DNA of 64,000 nt from Candidatus Chisholmbacteria bacterium RIFCSPHIGHO2_01_FULL_52_32 (lineage in GTDB: Bacteria; Patescibacteriota; Microgenomatia; UBA1400; Chisholmbacteraceae), in the NCBI GenBank assembly GCA_001816585.1, contig MHCJ01000003.1:284228-348227 (forward strand), read 5' to 3'. Made by a program: the position numbers and the translations under genes. Positions 9,179 through 19,290 of this stretch are shown here, one piece after another. Each line of letters begins with the position of its first letter. Position 1 is the first letter of the stretch. Under the pieces are notes generated by a model. The model ran no database searches. It had not been told where the DNA came from and was given only the letters and a program-made list of their open reading frames with translations.

Positions 9179-11476
9179 TTATCTTCTGACGAGGCGGAGT
9201 TCAGCCTGGTAGACGGTTTCGCGCGTTTGCTCGATCGCATCCGGGCTCACCGACACACTGGTAATCCCCCACTCGACAAGCTTTTGGGTAAACTCAGGGT
9301 ACTGTGAGGGGGCCTGTCCGCATACCGAGGAGGTGATTCTTCTTTTGTTCGCCGTTTTGATGATTTTTTCAAGTGCCCACATTACGGCGGGATTTCGCTC
9401 ATCGAATTGACTCGCCACTTCTTCGTTATCCCTGTCGATGCCGAGAATGAGCATCGTGAGGTCATTGGTGCCAACCGATATTCCGTCAATCCCGACGTCG
9501 ATAAACTCATCGAGTAGGATAACGTTCGACGGGATTTCGACCATCATCCAAAACTTGAACGTGGCTGAGCGAAACAGGCCTCGGGAGGCAACGATCCTTT
9601 TTACTTCAGCCAGTTCTTTGACTGTGTGGACGAACGGTATCATCAGCCAAAGATTCTTGTGCCCGGCTTTGTTCCTCACTTTTTTTATGGCTTCAAGTTC
9701 CAGGTCAAACACCGTTTCGTCAGATATGTACCGAAATGCTCCCCTGTATCCGAGCATGGGGTTTTGCTCCTGCGGTTCATAGTGGGTACCTCCCGGCAGA
9801 TTCCTGTATTCGTTGGTTTTGAAATCCGTCGCCCGGTAAACCACAGGTTTTCCCTGAAATGCACGACAGAAGACCTCCAGCCCGTCGGCGAGTTTGTTGA
9901 TGAATTGTTGTTTTTTTCCGTCGTGAATCATCTTTTTGGGGTGGATCCCAATTTGGGCAACCATAAACTCGGCGCGCAACAGCCCTACTCCGTCGACGTT
10001 TCTTGATGCAATATCGGCAGCGAGATCCGGCTCTCCTAGGTTAACGTAAACTTTGGTTGCGGTGCTTCTTTGGGTCACAAGCCTCACCTCGCCGCGTGGC
10101 ACCGAGGGTGTGGTTACCTTTCGGGGCGAAAGTACCCCATTGAAGACCTCGCCGGTCTTGCCGTTGACCGTGATCTGTTGGCCCGTTTTCAAGGTATCGG
10201 TTGCTTTACCAGTTCCGACGACGCAGGTTATCCCGAGTTCACGCGAGACGATGGCGGCGTGGGAAGTTTGCCCGCCTTTATCGGTTACGATAGCGGTTAC
10301 TTTCCTCATTGCCGGAACGAAGTCCGGGGTTGTCATCTCGGTCACCAGCACTTCCCCTTTGAGGATTTTTCCGATTTCACGGGCAGAATGGATGATGCGG
10401 ACTTTCCCGCTTGCGATGCCAGGCGAGGCAGGATCTCCTTTGAGGATCAGTTTGAGTGATTTGGCGATGGCCCTGCCTGTAGCTTCGTCCGTTATCGATA
10501 GTTCCTTTTCTCCGAGGGTAGTGATCGGCCTCGTTTGCAGGATATAGATCTCGTCTCTATCAACGCCCCACTCTATATCCTGTGGAAAAAAATAGTGATG
10601 GTGAATTGCCTCACCAATTTTCGCGAGTTTCCCAATCTGGTCATCCGAGAGTTTCTGGGCTTTTTGTTTATTCAGAGGTACTCTCGCCTCGACATCTTTC
10701 CCGTGTTTTTTCACGAGCTCTATTTGTTGTTTGACAATGTATTTCTTGAGAATTTTATACGTTTTTTTCTCGACTATATATCGGTCCGGTGTCACTGCCC
10801 CTTGGACGATCATTTCCCCCAGCCCCCAGATTGCCTCAATAATGAGGGTGCGTTTGTCTTGTGTTACAGGGTCGACGGTAAACATGACTCCCGAAACATC
10901 GGATTGAACCATATTCTGAACGGGTATTGCGATTCCGACTTTGAAATGATCAAATCCTTTTTCCGCGCGATAAAAAATGGCTCGGGGTTCGAAGAGTGAT
11001 GCCCAAGCCTCACGGATGGCATCGACCACGTTGGCGGCCCCTTTCACATTAAGGAAGGTTGCTTGTTGTCCTGCAAAAGAGGCTCCGGGAAGATCCTCTG
11101 CCGTAGCTGATGAGCGGACGGCAACGAGCGGAGCACTGTCATGCTTATCGAGAGATCGGTAGTGCTTTATCATCGCATCGGCCAGGTCCGGCGGAACTTC
11201 GGCGTTGGTGATCAACTTTTTGACGCGTTGGCTGGCTTGGTGAAGTGCTGTTGTATCCTGAACGTTCAGGCCTGTAAGGATGGATTTAATCTTCGGCCGA
11301 AGGTCATTGTGGTCGAGGACATAGAAATAGGCCGGCGCCGTGACGATGAAGCCGTTCGGGACGGGAAATCCCGCTTTGACCATTTCCCCCAGATTCGCTC
11401 CTTTACCGCCGACGAGCGGGATATCGTCTTTATCGATCTCGCGAAACCAGACCACATAGTCATTGGAACTCACCAT
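9179..11476 (-). CDS. ppsA: Phosphoenolpyruvate synthase (pyruvate, water dikinase)
   Basis: GGKGANLGE, VRSSATAED, phospho-His TSHAAIVSRE, EQNPMLGYRG. Confidence 0.95.
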   Translation of the reverse strand: MVSSNDYVVWFREIDKDDIPLVGGKGANLGEMVKAGFPVPNGFIVTAPAYFYVLDHNDLRPKIKSILTGLNVQDTTALHQASQRVKKLITNAEVPPDLADAMIKHYRSLDKHDSAPLVAVRSSATAEDLPGASFAGQQATFLNVKGAANVVDAIREAWASLFEPRAIFYRAEKGFDHFKVGIAIPVQNMVQSDVSGVMFTVDPVTQDKRTLIIEAIWGLGEMIVQGAVTPDRYIVEKKTYKILKKYIVKQQIELVKKHGKDVEARVPLNKQKAQKLSDDQIGKLAKIGEAIHHHYFFPQDIEWGVDRDEIYILQTRPITTLGEKELSITDEATGRAIAKSLKLILKGDPASPGIASGKVRIIHSAREIGKILKGEVLVTEMTTPDFVPAMRKVTAIVTDKGGQTSHAAIVSRELGITCVVGTGKATDTLKTGQQITVNGKTGEVFNGVLSPRKVTTPSVPRGEVRLVTQRSTATKVYVNLGEPDLAADIASRNVDGVGLLRAEFMVAQIGIHPKKMIHDGKKQQFINKLADGLEVFCRAFQGKPVVYRATDFKTNEYRNLPGGTHYEPQEQNPMLGYRGAFRYISDETVFDLELEAIKKVRNKAGHKNLWLMIPFVHTVKELAEVKRIVASRGLFRSATFKFWMMVEIPSNVILLDEFIDVGIDGISVGTNDLTMLILGIDRDNEEVASQFDERNPAVMWALEKIIKTANKRRITSSVCGQAPSQYPEFTQKLVEWGITSVSVSPDAIEQTRETVYQAELRLVRR

Positions 11477-11575
11477 ACACCCAATATAACTTAGCGAAAG
11501 CTCTTGTTCAATCCCAGAAAAAGGAATAGTCTCTTATGGCTTAAGAGGGAAAGTCATGATGAGGCTTGGGTGGAG

Positions 11576-12646
11576 CTAGTTTTTCAGTTTTTCTTTGAAG
11601 TAGTCAACCCAGGGAATGGGAGCCGGATTTTGGTCATAAAGAATTGAAAGGTACAAATTCGTTACAGCCCCGAACTGAATTAGCTCGAACGCCTGAGAAA
11701 GCTTTGTTTCTGAGTGCAAGCTGATCTCAATCGACGCTATCTTGTTCTTCATCGTTATCTCTTTCGTAATTGCAAACCGCAATTTTATTTTCTCTGAGTA
11801 AAGCGATGATTCAGCGAAAATAACAAAGAGGTGCTCCGGATTGGTACTTGGATGTTTGAGACCTTCCAAAAGGTGATGATTGAGTTCGGGAATCTGGAAA
11901 TCAGTGGAGAAGGCTTTGGCATTTTCGTTTAACTGATTGTTGATTGTATGCGTTGAACCGACGAGATGTTCAGCTGAGATATATACAATTATTCGGCCGA
12001 GCATTTGCTTTGCAAGTTTCTTTGCGGGATTGTGTGGAACTGCCACCGTGGGATTCGTCTTTACCCAGACTTCCGTCATTGCTTTTGCGGCTGTTTCAAT
12101 CTCAGCCTGACTCAATTGAATGACTCCAATCTTGGCCGCAAGTGCCAGTACTCCAACGACGTTGTACCCGATTGCCATGCGAGGCTGGTTCGACGGATTG
12201 TGGGTCGGCAGTACTTGGTAGTAAGGGACTCTTTCTCGTTTGGCAAGGTCTATGAGTGGTCCGCCTGTGCCAATAGCGATCCATTTTGCCCTGGCCTTGA
12301 TTGCTTGATTTGCATTACTTAACGTTTCTTCCGTTGTGCCGGAATAGCTCGCGCAAATGACGAGCGATTTCTCATTTACGAAGGCGGGAATATCATATCC
12401 GTTGATTCTGGTGAATGGATACCTTATCTCGTTGCCGTATACCGACTGGATGACTCTTGCCCCCAAGCCGGTGCCCCCCATGCCGGTCATCACAATATTG
12501 TCGATTTCACTGTAGGCAGGGGGAATTGTTACGGCACTTGCTTCATCCCAGGCATGAAGGCATTGCTTGGCTAAGGCTTCGATGGAGCCCAATACATTTT
12601 GAACATCGATCTTACGAATTTCTTCAATACTGTCGAGTTTATCCAT
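11576..12646 (-). CDS. Bifunctional phosphoglucose/phosphomannose isomerase (SIS family)
   Basis: GMGG, SYSGTTEET, QPR, QLNENAK, PELNH. Confidence 0.88.
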   Translation of the reverse strand: MDKLDSIEEIRKIDVQNVLGSIEALAKQCLHAWDEASAVTIPPAYSEIDNIVMTGMGGTGLGARVIQSVYGNEIRYPFTRINGYDIPAFVNEKSLVICASYSGTTEETLSNANQAIKARAKWIAIGTGGPLIDLAKRERVPYYQVLPTHNPSNQPRMAIGYNVVGVLALAAKIGVIQLSQAEIETAAKAMTEVWVKTNPTVAVPHNPAKKLAKQMLGRIIVYISAEHLVGSTHTINNQLNENAKAFSTDFQIPELNHHLLEGLKHPSTNPEHLFVIFAESSLYSEKIKLRFAITKEITMKNKIASIEISLHSETKLSQAFELIQFGAVTNLYLSILYDQNPAPIPWVDYFKEKLKN

Positions 12647-12715
12647 GGATTTGATTGTACGAGGTTAACCCTTATGCAGCAAGTGATTGGGAATTGATGC
12701 AGTCTGTTTTGATCC

Positions 12716-14089
12716 CTATGCTTGCCGTATTGTTCCGTGACTGCTGAGAAAGCTGACAATTTCAGTCGTATGTTCTGCAAGGATTTTATGGTTGTCCGCT
12801 TCAATATTGAGTCGAAGCAATGGTTCGGTATTGGAAGGTCGGACGTTAAACCACCAGTCTGTAAACCAGACACTAATCCCATCTAGCCAATCCGTTGATC
12901 TGGCCTTGTTCTTATACGTTGTTTCCAACCTTCGCATAACACCGAGTTTATCTTTTACCATAAAGTTAATTTCACCGGAGCTCGGATACTTATCATATTG
13001 CCTTACGAGATCAGAAAGCTTTTGGTTCTTTACGGACATCAGCTCCAAAACGAGTAAAGCGGCGATGATTGCAGAATCAGCATAGAAAAAATCACGAAAA
13101 AAGTAATGACCGGAATGCTCGCCGCAAAACAACCCGTTGTGCTTTCGCATTGCTTCTTTGATCAGCGTGTGTCCGACGCGGACACGGACGGGTTTACCGC
13201 CCCGCTTTTTGATGATTTCAGGGACAACCCGTCCGACGATTGCATTGTAGAGGATCGTTTGTTTCGGATGTTTTCTGAGAAGGTTTTCGGTGATCAGGGC
13301 GGTCATAATGGTGCCGGAGACGATTCGCCCGGTTTCATCAACCAGGAAAACCCTATCCCCGTCGCCATCGAATGCCATGCCAACGTCCGCCCCAACTCTT
13401 TTCACCGCTTTTACCGTATCCAGCATGTTTTTTGCTTCGATAGGACTCGGGATGTGATTTGGGAACGATCCGTCGAGCTCGTAGAAGATCCTCGTGACTT
13501 TCCAAGGCAGATGGTCTTCAACGGCGGGCATAAAAAACCCTCCCATCCCGTTTCCGGTATCAACCGCCACCTTGAACGGCTTCATATTTTTTACGTTGAT
13601 GAATTTGAGAACGTGTTTGACAAAATCGTTAAGAACCCGACGCTTCGAAAGTCTGCCTGTCTCTTTCGATGTTTTCTCAAGGCTTTTGGTTGACACGGCG
13701 AGATCCCGGATTTCATAGATCCCGCTATCGCCCGAGACCGCGATAGCCCCGCGTTTCACGATTTTCATGCCATTGTACTGGGGCGGATTGTGGGAGGCGC
13801 TGATGGTTACCGCCAGGTCTTCATTGTACTTGCCGGCCGCAAAATACAGCATGTCCGTTGAAATCAGTCCGAGGTCGACCACGTCAACACCCGCCTTGAG
13901 CATGGTGTTTACAAAGATCTGGTGAAGTTTCGGCGAAGACATCCGCATGTCTCTTCCTACCTGGATTGTTCTGGGTTGGAAACAGACGGCGATTGCCTGT
14001 GCCACCCGTATCAGACCTGCCTCATCGAGCTCTCCGGGGATGATTGCCCGGATGTCGTAATCTCTGAAGATCTCCGGACTTAGGCGCAT
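12716..14089 (-). CDS. Phosphomannomutase/phosphoglucomutase
   Basis: FRDYDIR, SASHNP, FDGDGDR, GEHSGH, RPSNTEP. Confidence 0.94.
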   Translation of the reverse strand: MRLSPEIFRDYDIRAIIPGELDEAGLIRVAQAIAVCFQPRTIQVGRDMRMSSPKLHQIFVNTMLKAGVDVVDLGLISTDMLYFAAGKYNEDLAVTISASHNPPQYNGMKIVKRGAIAVSGDSGIYEIRDLAVSTKSLEKTSKETGRLSKRRVLNDFVKHVLKFINVKNMKPFKVAVDTGNGMGGFFMPAVEDHLPWKVTRIFYELDGSFPNHIPSPIEAKNMLDTVKAVKRVGADVGMAFDGDGDRVFLVDETGRIVSGTIMTALITENLLRKHPKQTILYNAIVGRVVPEIIKKRGGKPVRVRVGHTLIKEAMRKHNGLFCGEHSGHYFFRDFFYADSAIIAALLVLELMSVKNQKLSDLVRQYDKYPSSGEINFMVKDKLGVMRRLETTYKNKARSTDWLDGISVWFTDWWFNVRPSNTEPLLRLNIEADNHKILAEHTTEIVSFLSSHGTIRQA

Positions 14090-14110
14090 CTTTTCTTCGT
14101 AAGGCTCATT

Positions 14111-14812
14111 CTAGATTTCGCTTAAAATCAAGTCAAGCATCGATGAAAGGGGCAGAATGCTCTTTCCGGTCTTGACCGCAACATCCGTCCGGTAGAGGCT
14201 TTCGTGGAGCATCTGAAGGTCTTTTGAAGTAAATTTCCCGGCTTGAGCCAGGAGTCGCTGTCTTTGCCACTTTTGCATGGCATGGAGTTCTTTTCCGTTG
14301 TAATCCGCTGCCATGAGGAGGCTTGTAACCCTCCTTGAGAGCATGTAGAAAACGAGCTCGGGTGCGTCCTGTTTTAACGTTTCGTGGTAATAACCCAGCA
14401 ATTGCCCTGTATTTTTCGGGTAAATTGAGTCAAGGAAGCGAAAGATCGCTTTGCTTAATTTAAACAGTCGAACCGTGGCCGTTTTATTTACCAATCGTAG
14501 TTGGGCGGTGGTGAGTTCTTTACGTTCCCAAAGGATTACCTCTCCCTTTGGACTTTCGACGGCAATATAGCGCACAAGCTCCTCCTTGGTTTTTGACCGG
14601 ACCCTTGTCAATACGTTTTCGATGATGACCAACCGAACGGTCCCAAAAAGGCTCTCGCTCTCGAGGGCTTGCTTGAGATCTCCAAGCGATACCTTCTCGC
14701 CATTAAGTCTCACGATATCTTTGATCCCTGACCTTCTGGCTTTTTCCACACTCTCCCTGAGTGCACTACGGCTAGCTACTATCTGGTCGCCATGAAGGAT
14801 TAGAAGAGACAT
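14111..14812 (-). CDS. holA: DNA polymerase III delta subunit (short CPR-type)
   Basis: SLFG..RLVIIEN, IFRFLD, D.AVKTG pattern typical of HolA. Confidence 0.75.
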   Translation of the reverse strand: MSLLILHGDQIVASRSALRESVEKARRSGIKDIVRLNGEKVSLGDLKQALESESLFGTVRLVIIENVLTRVRSKTKEELVRYIAVESPKGEVILWERKELTTAQLRLVNKTATVRLFKLSKAIFRFLDSIYPKNTGQLLGYYHETLKQDAPELVFYMLSRRVTSLLMAADYNGKELHAMQKWQRQRLLAQAGKFTSKDLQMLHESLYRTDVAVKTGKSILPLSSMLDLILSEI

Positions 14813-14829
14813 GAGGGTATAGTCCTTCG

Positions 14830-14845
14830 TCCGCCAGCTGGCGGA
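14830..14845. repeat. REP-like perfect palindrome TCCGCCAGCTGGCGGA
   Basis: 16-bp perfect palindrome inside an imperfect TCCT...AGGA stem, intergenic. Confidence 0.6.
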
Positions 14846-14858
14846 TCAGGATAAAGGT

Positions 14859-15245
14859 TTAGGGTTTAGAACCTTGGGATTTATATTTTTGAAATAGTGC
14901 TTCCACTGTCTGGTGATCAATACGGCGTCCCCTTCCCCGATGGGGAACGAGAGCCCCGGAGAAGGTTTTGGGGATATGCAAGAGCTCGTGGATCAACACT
15001 CTCGTCTTGTCATCCTCCGGCAACCTGTCAAACCTTTCAGAGAGAATCTCGATGACGTAGTGGGGCTTAAGGCGAAGTGCGAGCTGCCAGATTCGGGGAA
15101 AACTCCAGATTCTCGCCCTTGCCCGAGAGGAAGAACCAAAACTTCTGAAACAAATGACTTTTGTGGCGTCAATATGAGGAAATTTCATTACTCGGAGAAT
15201 TGCAGAGAGCTTTTCCTGTATATCTGGAGCTTTGTGAAAATCCAT
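14859..15245 (-). CDS. Putative metallopeptidase
   Basis: HELLH zinc motif in a small protein (ARIW...YVIE...HELLHIP). Confidence 0.75.
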   Translation of the reverse strand: MDFHKAPDIQEKLSAILRVMKFPHIDATKVICFRSFGSSSRARARIWSFPRIWQLALRLKPHYVIEILSERFDRLPEDDKTRVLIHELLHIPKTFSGALVPHRGRGRRIDHQTVEALFQKYKSQGSKP

Positions 15246-15263
15246 ACCAGGATCTTGGAAATG

Positions 15264-15524
15264 TTACTCGGTTGCTTTATAGACCGGTGTTCCTTCGTAG
15301 ACTTTTTTATCCACCTTCAGTCCTACCGATTGTCCTTTCTTTGCCTCTTTGACCTTCTCGTGATCTATTTCCATCGATTCCACGGTTTGGACCAGTTCAT
15401 CACCCTCGGCTTTCCCGGCAATTTTGATGGTATCCCCTACCTTTAATTGCCCCGTTACATCGACGACGGCAACACAGATTTTGTCATAGTAGTGCGCCAC
15501 CTTCCCAACCGCTTTGTCAGCCAT
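15264..15524 (-). CDS. Small beta-barrel protein (U32 C-terminal / translation-factor domain II-like)
   Basis: VGKVAHYYDKI.VAVV...LKVGD...QTVESMEI; GGAGG SD. Confidence 0.75.
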   Translation of the reverse strand: MADKAVGKVAHYYDKICVAVVDVTGQLKVGDTIKIAGKAEGDELVQTVESMEIDHEKVKEAKKGQSVGLKVDKKVYEGTPVYKATE

Positions 15525-15592
15525 TTATGCTCACCTCCGATCTCCCATTTACAATACATTCACTTTGAATTAAGTATAACACAACTTTTGTT

Positions 15593-16819
15593 TCACTCCC
15601 TTGGAAATTGGTACAATTTGTCGCCGAGATACCCCGTCACTTCCGGCCTTATGAGCGGCCCCCTTAGGAGTCTTGCGGAGCGGAGGCTTGCGAATCCATG
15701 CTTCTTATTGATTGCATCGACCGCACTCCAGAGTTTTTCTCTCTTTTGCCAGCTTTCAAGCCAACACGCCGTGAGGTTTGTTACCGGAGAAAGGAGGCCT
15801 ACATGAACGCCGAAGCGAATCACGGCAAAGCTCCGCTGCCAACCTTTATACAAACCGTTGTAGATGAGGTCGAATACCTCATCCGGATGACGAACGTGGT
15901 ACTTGAGCGTCCGATGCCGATACCAGATTTTCTCCTCTCCCTCCAGGAAAATGGATATTTGACGGCCGGCAAGATTCATTTGGCGAATCTTGTAGGTTGC
16001 TTCCTCGACAAGGTTGCGGATGATCTTTTGAATCTCTTCTTCTGAATCGCAGAGGCGAAACCCCGTAATGGTGCGGCCGACACCCTTCATGTATAGATTG
16101 GAATCAAGCAGTCTTAAGAGATGCGATTCCTCACCGATGGAAATCCTCTTGAGCTCCGGTCCCCAAAACGGTCCGAAACGCAGCTTGAGAATTTTATCCT
16201 CAAGCTTTCTGATTTGAAGGATGTTCGTCACCCCCGTGTTGATGAGTTTTTCTTCCAAGCGAGGGCCAATCCCGCAGATGTCTCGCGGCTTGCATCCCGC
16301 CAAGATTTCATCAAGATTTTCCTTGCTAATCCGAAAGTAGCCGCCTTTCGGAGCATGGTCTCCGGCAAGCTTGGCAAGCGTGCGGTTATACGAAATCCCA
16401 ATTGAGGCGGTGACCCAATTTCCGAGCTTCGCATAGATCTTTTCCTGAATCTTGACCGCAAGGGTTTCGGCTGAACCGCAGAGGCGGATACAATTTGAGG
16501 TGTTGATGAACGCTTCATCGAGTGAGAATAGGGTAACGTCCGGGCTAAATGATTCAACGAGCGCAAAGAAACGTTTTGTGTAATCGAGGTATTTGTCAAA
16601 ATCTGCTTTGATAAGGATGAGACGGGGGGCAAGTTTTCTGGCATCATGGAGGTTGGTGCCGGTTTTGATCCCAAGCCTTTTGGCTTCTTTACTTGCGGCA
16701 ATAATGCACATTCTGCCTATGTCTTTCACAATCCCTACCGGCTTTCCCCGTAAGAATGGGTTTTGTTGCTGCTCTACTGTGGCAAAATATGAGTTGAGGT
16801 CTACGTGGAGGATGGTCAT
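15593..16819 (-). CDS. dinB: Y-family DNA polymerase (DinB/PolY)
   Basis: HVDLNSYFATVE, SLDEAF, C-terminal AVDAINKKHG; start placed at MTILHVD. Confidence 0.9.
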   Translation of the reverse strand: MTILHVDLNSYFATVEQQQNPFLRGKPVGIVKDIGRMCIIAASKEAKRLGIKTGTNLHDARKLAPRLILIKADFDKYLDYTKRFFALVESFSPDVTLFSLDEAFINTSNCIRLCGSAETLAVKIQEKIYAKLGNWVTASIGISYNRTLAKLAGDHAPKGGYFRISKENLDEILAGCKPRDICGIGPRLEEKLINTGVTNILQIRKLEDKILKLRFGPFWGPELKRISIGEESHLLRLLDSNLYMKGVGRTITGFRLCDSEEEIQKIIRNLVEEATYKIRQMNLAGRQISIFLEGEEKIWYRHRTLKYHVRHPDEVFDLIYNGLYKGWQRSFAVIRFGVHVGLLSPVTNLTACWLESWQKREKLWSAVDAINKKHGFASLRSARLLRGPLIRPEVTGYLGDKLYQFPRE

Positions 16820-16822
16820 GGG

Positions 16823-16886
16823 AATGTTCAATGTTTAATGTTTAATTCTTAAATCTTAAATCTTGAATCTTGAATCTTCAATCTTG
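16823..16886. repeat. Two abutting heptamer tracts (AATGTTY x3; TCTTVAA x5)
   Basis: Directly visible 7-nt periodicity between the 82-aa ORF and dinB. Confidence 0.8.
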
Positions 16887-16888
16887 TG

Positions 16889-17137
16889 TCATCCTTCCAT
16901 CCAAATCTGTTCCAGGATCCAGGTTTCGGTGGTGCGGTTGTATTCGAGAAGGTAGAGATTTCCGTTTGAGAGGACGGCATAACGGCGTTTCTTAATACTC
17001 TCATCTTTGACCTCGTGGATGCTCGTGATTTCCTCAATGGGATATGCGCGGTTGTGCCAATGGAACGTTTTGGGGACGAATGAGGTTTCTCTAAAAATTC
17101 CCAGAACACTTATTGTTTCGCCTATTGTTTGGTACAT
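16889..17137 (-). CDS. Small hypothetical protein, DUF6504-like, co-transcribed with dinB
   Basis: P..F.W..R.Y.I..I...W.LE pattern; upstream TTGACA-N18-TATAGT promoter. Confidence 0.7.
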   Translation of the reverse strand: MYQTIGETISVLGIFRETSFVPKTFHWHNRAYPIEEITSIHEVKDESIKKRRYAVLSNGNLYLLEYNRTTETWILEQIWMEG

Positions 17138-17197
17138 CTGACCAAACTATACCCGAATTTTGATGGGGGTGTCAACAGCGATTTTCGGATGATGAGT

Positions 17198-18202
17198 TTA
17201 GAAGAGTTCCTGCTGATCTTTAACCTTTTTCGGAATCGGGATTGAGAGGTGCTCGTATGCAAGGAGAGTTGCCATCCGGCCCCGGGATGTCCTTTTGAGA
17301 AAGCCCAGTTGTAAAAGGTACGGTTCGTGGACGTCTCTTAACGTTTCGATGTCCTCTGAAATAGTGGCGGCGATCGACTCGATACCGACGGGTCCTCCAG
17401 CGTGTTTTTTGATGATCGCCTCAAGAATCCGACGATCTGCTTTATCCAAACCCGCTTTGTCAACTTCAAGCATCTCAAGCGCCTTCTTGACAACCTCTAA
17501 GGTCAACTGGCCTTTTGCATGGACCTCGGAGTAATCCCTGATCCGACGAAGCAATCTGTTGGCTACCCTTGGAGTTCCCCTTGATGTTTTGGAAAGTTCC
17601 CGCGCGACGGCTTTATCGAACTTCATTCCCAGGATAGCGGCTGAGCGGACAAGGATCATTTCGACTTCTGCGGATGAATAATAGTCGATGTGGTGGATGG
17701 CTCCGAAACGGTCCCGTAGCGGCGAAGACAGCATTCCGATGCGCGTGGTTGCCCCGATGATCGTGAACCTGGGGAGGTCCAATCTCACGGTTCTCGCGGA
17801 TGGGCCTTTACCAAGTACAATGTCTAGGTGATATTCCTCCATCGCAGGATAGAGGGTTTCTTCTACAATTTTGCTCAGTCGGTGAACCTCGTCGATAAAA
17901 AGGATGTCGCGGTCCTTGAGGTTCGTGAGGATTGAGGCGAGATCGCCAGCCCGCTCGATCGCCGGACCTGACGTAACGCGGATTTCGCTTTCCATCTCGT
18001 TGGCGATGACATGGGCAAGTGTCGTCTTCCCAAGGCCCGGTGGCCCGTAGAAGAGGAGATGTTCGAGCGGTTCGTTCCGTTTTTTCGCAGCGGCGAGAAA
18101 AGTTCGAAGTTTTCCCTTTACCTTTTCTTGCCCGAAGAAATCGTTTAGGGTTTTCGGACGGATGTTGATGTCGGGAGCTTTTGCGTCTTTGGCTGCCTTC
18201 AT
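17198..18202 (-). CDS. ruvB: Holliday junction helicase RuvB
   Basis: [24 protein letters not shown]. Confidence 0.97.
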   Translation of the reverse strand: MKAAKDAKAPDINIRPKTLNDFFGQEKVKGKLRTFLAAAKKRNEPLEHLLFYGPPGLGKTTLAHVIANEMESEIRVTSGPAIERAGDLASILTNLKDRDILFIDEVHRLSKIVEETLYPAMEEYHLDIVLGKGPSARTVRLDLPRFTIIGATTRIGMLSSPLRDRFGAIHHIDYYSSAEVEMILVRSAAILGMKFDKAVARELSKTSRGTPRVANRLLRRIRDYSEVHAKGQLTLEVVKKALEMLEVDKAGLDKADRRILEAIIKKHAGGPVGIESIAATISEDIETLRDVHEPYLLQLGFLKRTSRGRMATLLAYEHLSIPIPKKVKDQQELF

Positions 18203-18206
18203 GAGC

Positions 18207-18788
18207 CTACTTTCCGATTGTCTTTAAGGCTTCTTTAATGAGTTGTTCTGTTGTCATCTTGCCCTTTCCTTTAATCGTTCTTAAAGATTCCCGGGCCTCC
18301 GATTGTGTAAATCCAAACTGTCGGAGTGCCTGAACGGTCTCTTCATACGCAGGGCTTACGACTTCAAAAAGATCCGTCCCCTTATCGGCTCCAAGTGTCG
18401 CTTTCAGATCGATGATGATCCGCTGGGCTGTTTTTCTCCCGACACCCGGAATCGTGGTGAAGAAATCGACGTCGCCATTGAGTATTGCTTGAGCGATCTC
18501 GTCCCTGCCACCCGAAGAAATCACGCTCAAGGCGGTTTTTGGTCCTACTCCGGCTATTGCAAGCAATGTTTCAAACAGGGAGAGCTCTTCGAGCGTGTCA
18601 AAGCCATACAGCGAAAGCGTATCTTCGCGGACGTAGGTATACGTATAGAGTGACACCGTCTCCCCTTGGGCAGCTTTGCGGTTCAGTATTCGAGCCGGAA
18701 CGGCAATTTTAAAGCCGATTCCGGCCACGTCAACGATCAGTGAATTTTTGTACACGCGATCAAATTTTCCGGTAACTTTGGCGATCAT
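18207..18788 (-). CDS. ruvA: Holliday junction protein RuvA
   Basis: [27 protein letters not shown]. Confidence 0.96.
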   Translation of the reverse strand: MIAKVTGKFDRVYKNSLIVDVAGIGFKIAVPARILNRKAAQGETVSLYTYTYVREDTLSLYGFDTLEELSLFETLLAIAGVGPKTALSVISSGGRDEIAQAILNGDVDFFTTIPGVGRKTAQRIIIDLKATLGADKGTDLFEVVSPAYEETVQALRQFGFTQSEARESLRTIKGKGKMTTEQLIKEALKTIGK

Positions 18789-19261
18789 TTCGGTTTCTTG
18801 ATTACTCCGTGGGTAATTGCAACTGCAAGAGCATCGGTCACATCATCGGGGGAGGGTATGACTTTGAGGTTTAAGAGCATTTTTACCATGAGTTCAACCT
18901 GGTGCTTGTCCGCTCTCCCGTACCCTGAAACCGCCATTTTTACTTCAAGCGGAGTGTATTGAGACACAGGGATCGCCTCCTGCTTTAAGGCAAGTAACGT
19001 CACTCCCCTAGCCTCCCCAACCGCGAGCGCGGTTTTGGCGTTCGTGTTGAAAAAAAGTTTCTCGACCGCCGCTTCCTTGGGTCTCCATTTTTTCAGAATT
19101 TTTTTCAGTGAGGTATATAGGTCCTCAAGGCGGCTTTCCGGAGCCAGGTTCTTTTTTGTCTCAATACAATCGAAGGCTAGCGCTACAGAGGAATTGCTAT
19201 CGTAATGGATAATTCCCCAACCGGTTCTCGCAATCCCAGGGTCAATACCAAGGATATTCAC
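18785..19261 (-). CDS. ruvC: Crossover junction endodeoxyribonuclease RuvC
   Basis: ILGIDPG, AVEKLFF, DDVTDALAVA; GTG start inferred. Confidence 0.95.
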   Translation of the reverse strand: MNILGIDPGIARTGWGIIHYDSNSSVALAFDCIETKKNLAPESRLEDLYTSLKKILKKWRPKEAAVEKLFFNTNAKTALAVGEARGVTLLALKQEAIPVSQYTPLEVKMAVSGYGRADKHQVELMVKMLLNLKVIPSPDDVTDALAVAITHGVIKKPK

Positions 19262-19290
19262 GGCCCTCATTGTAACACGTCTTCTGAGAC

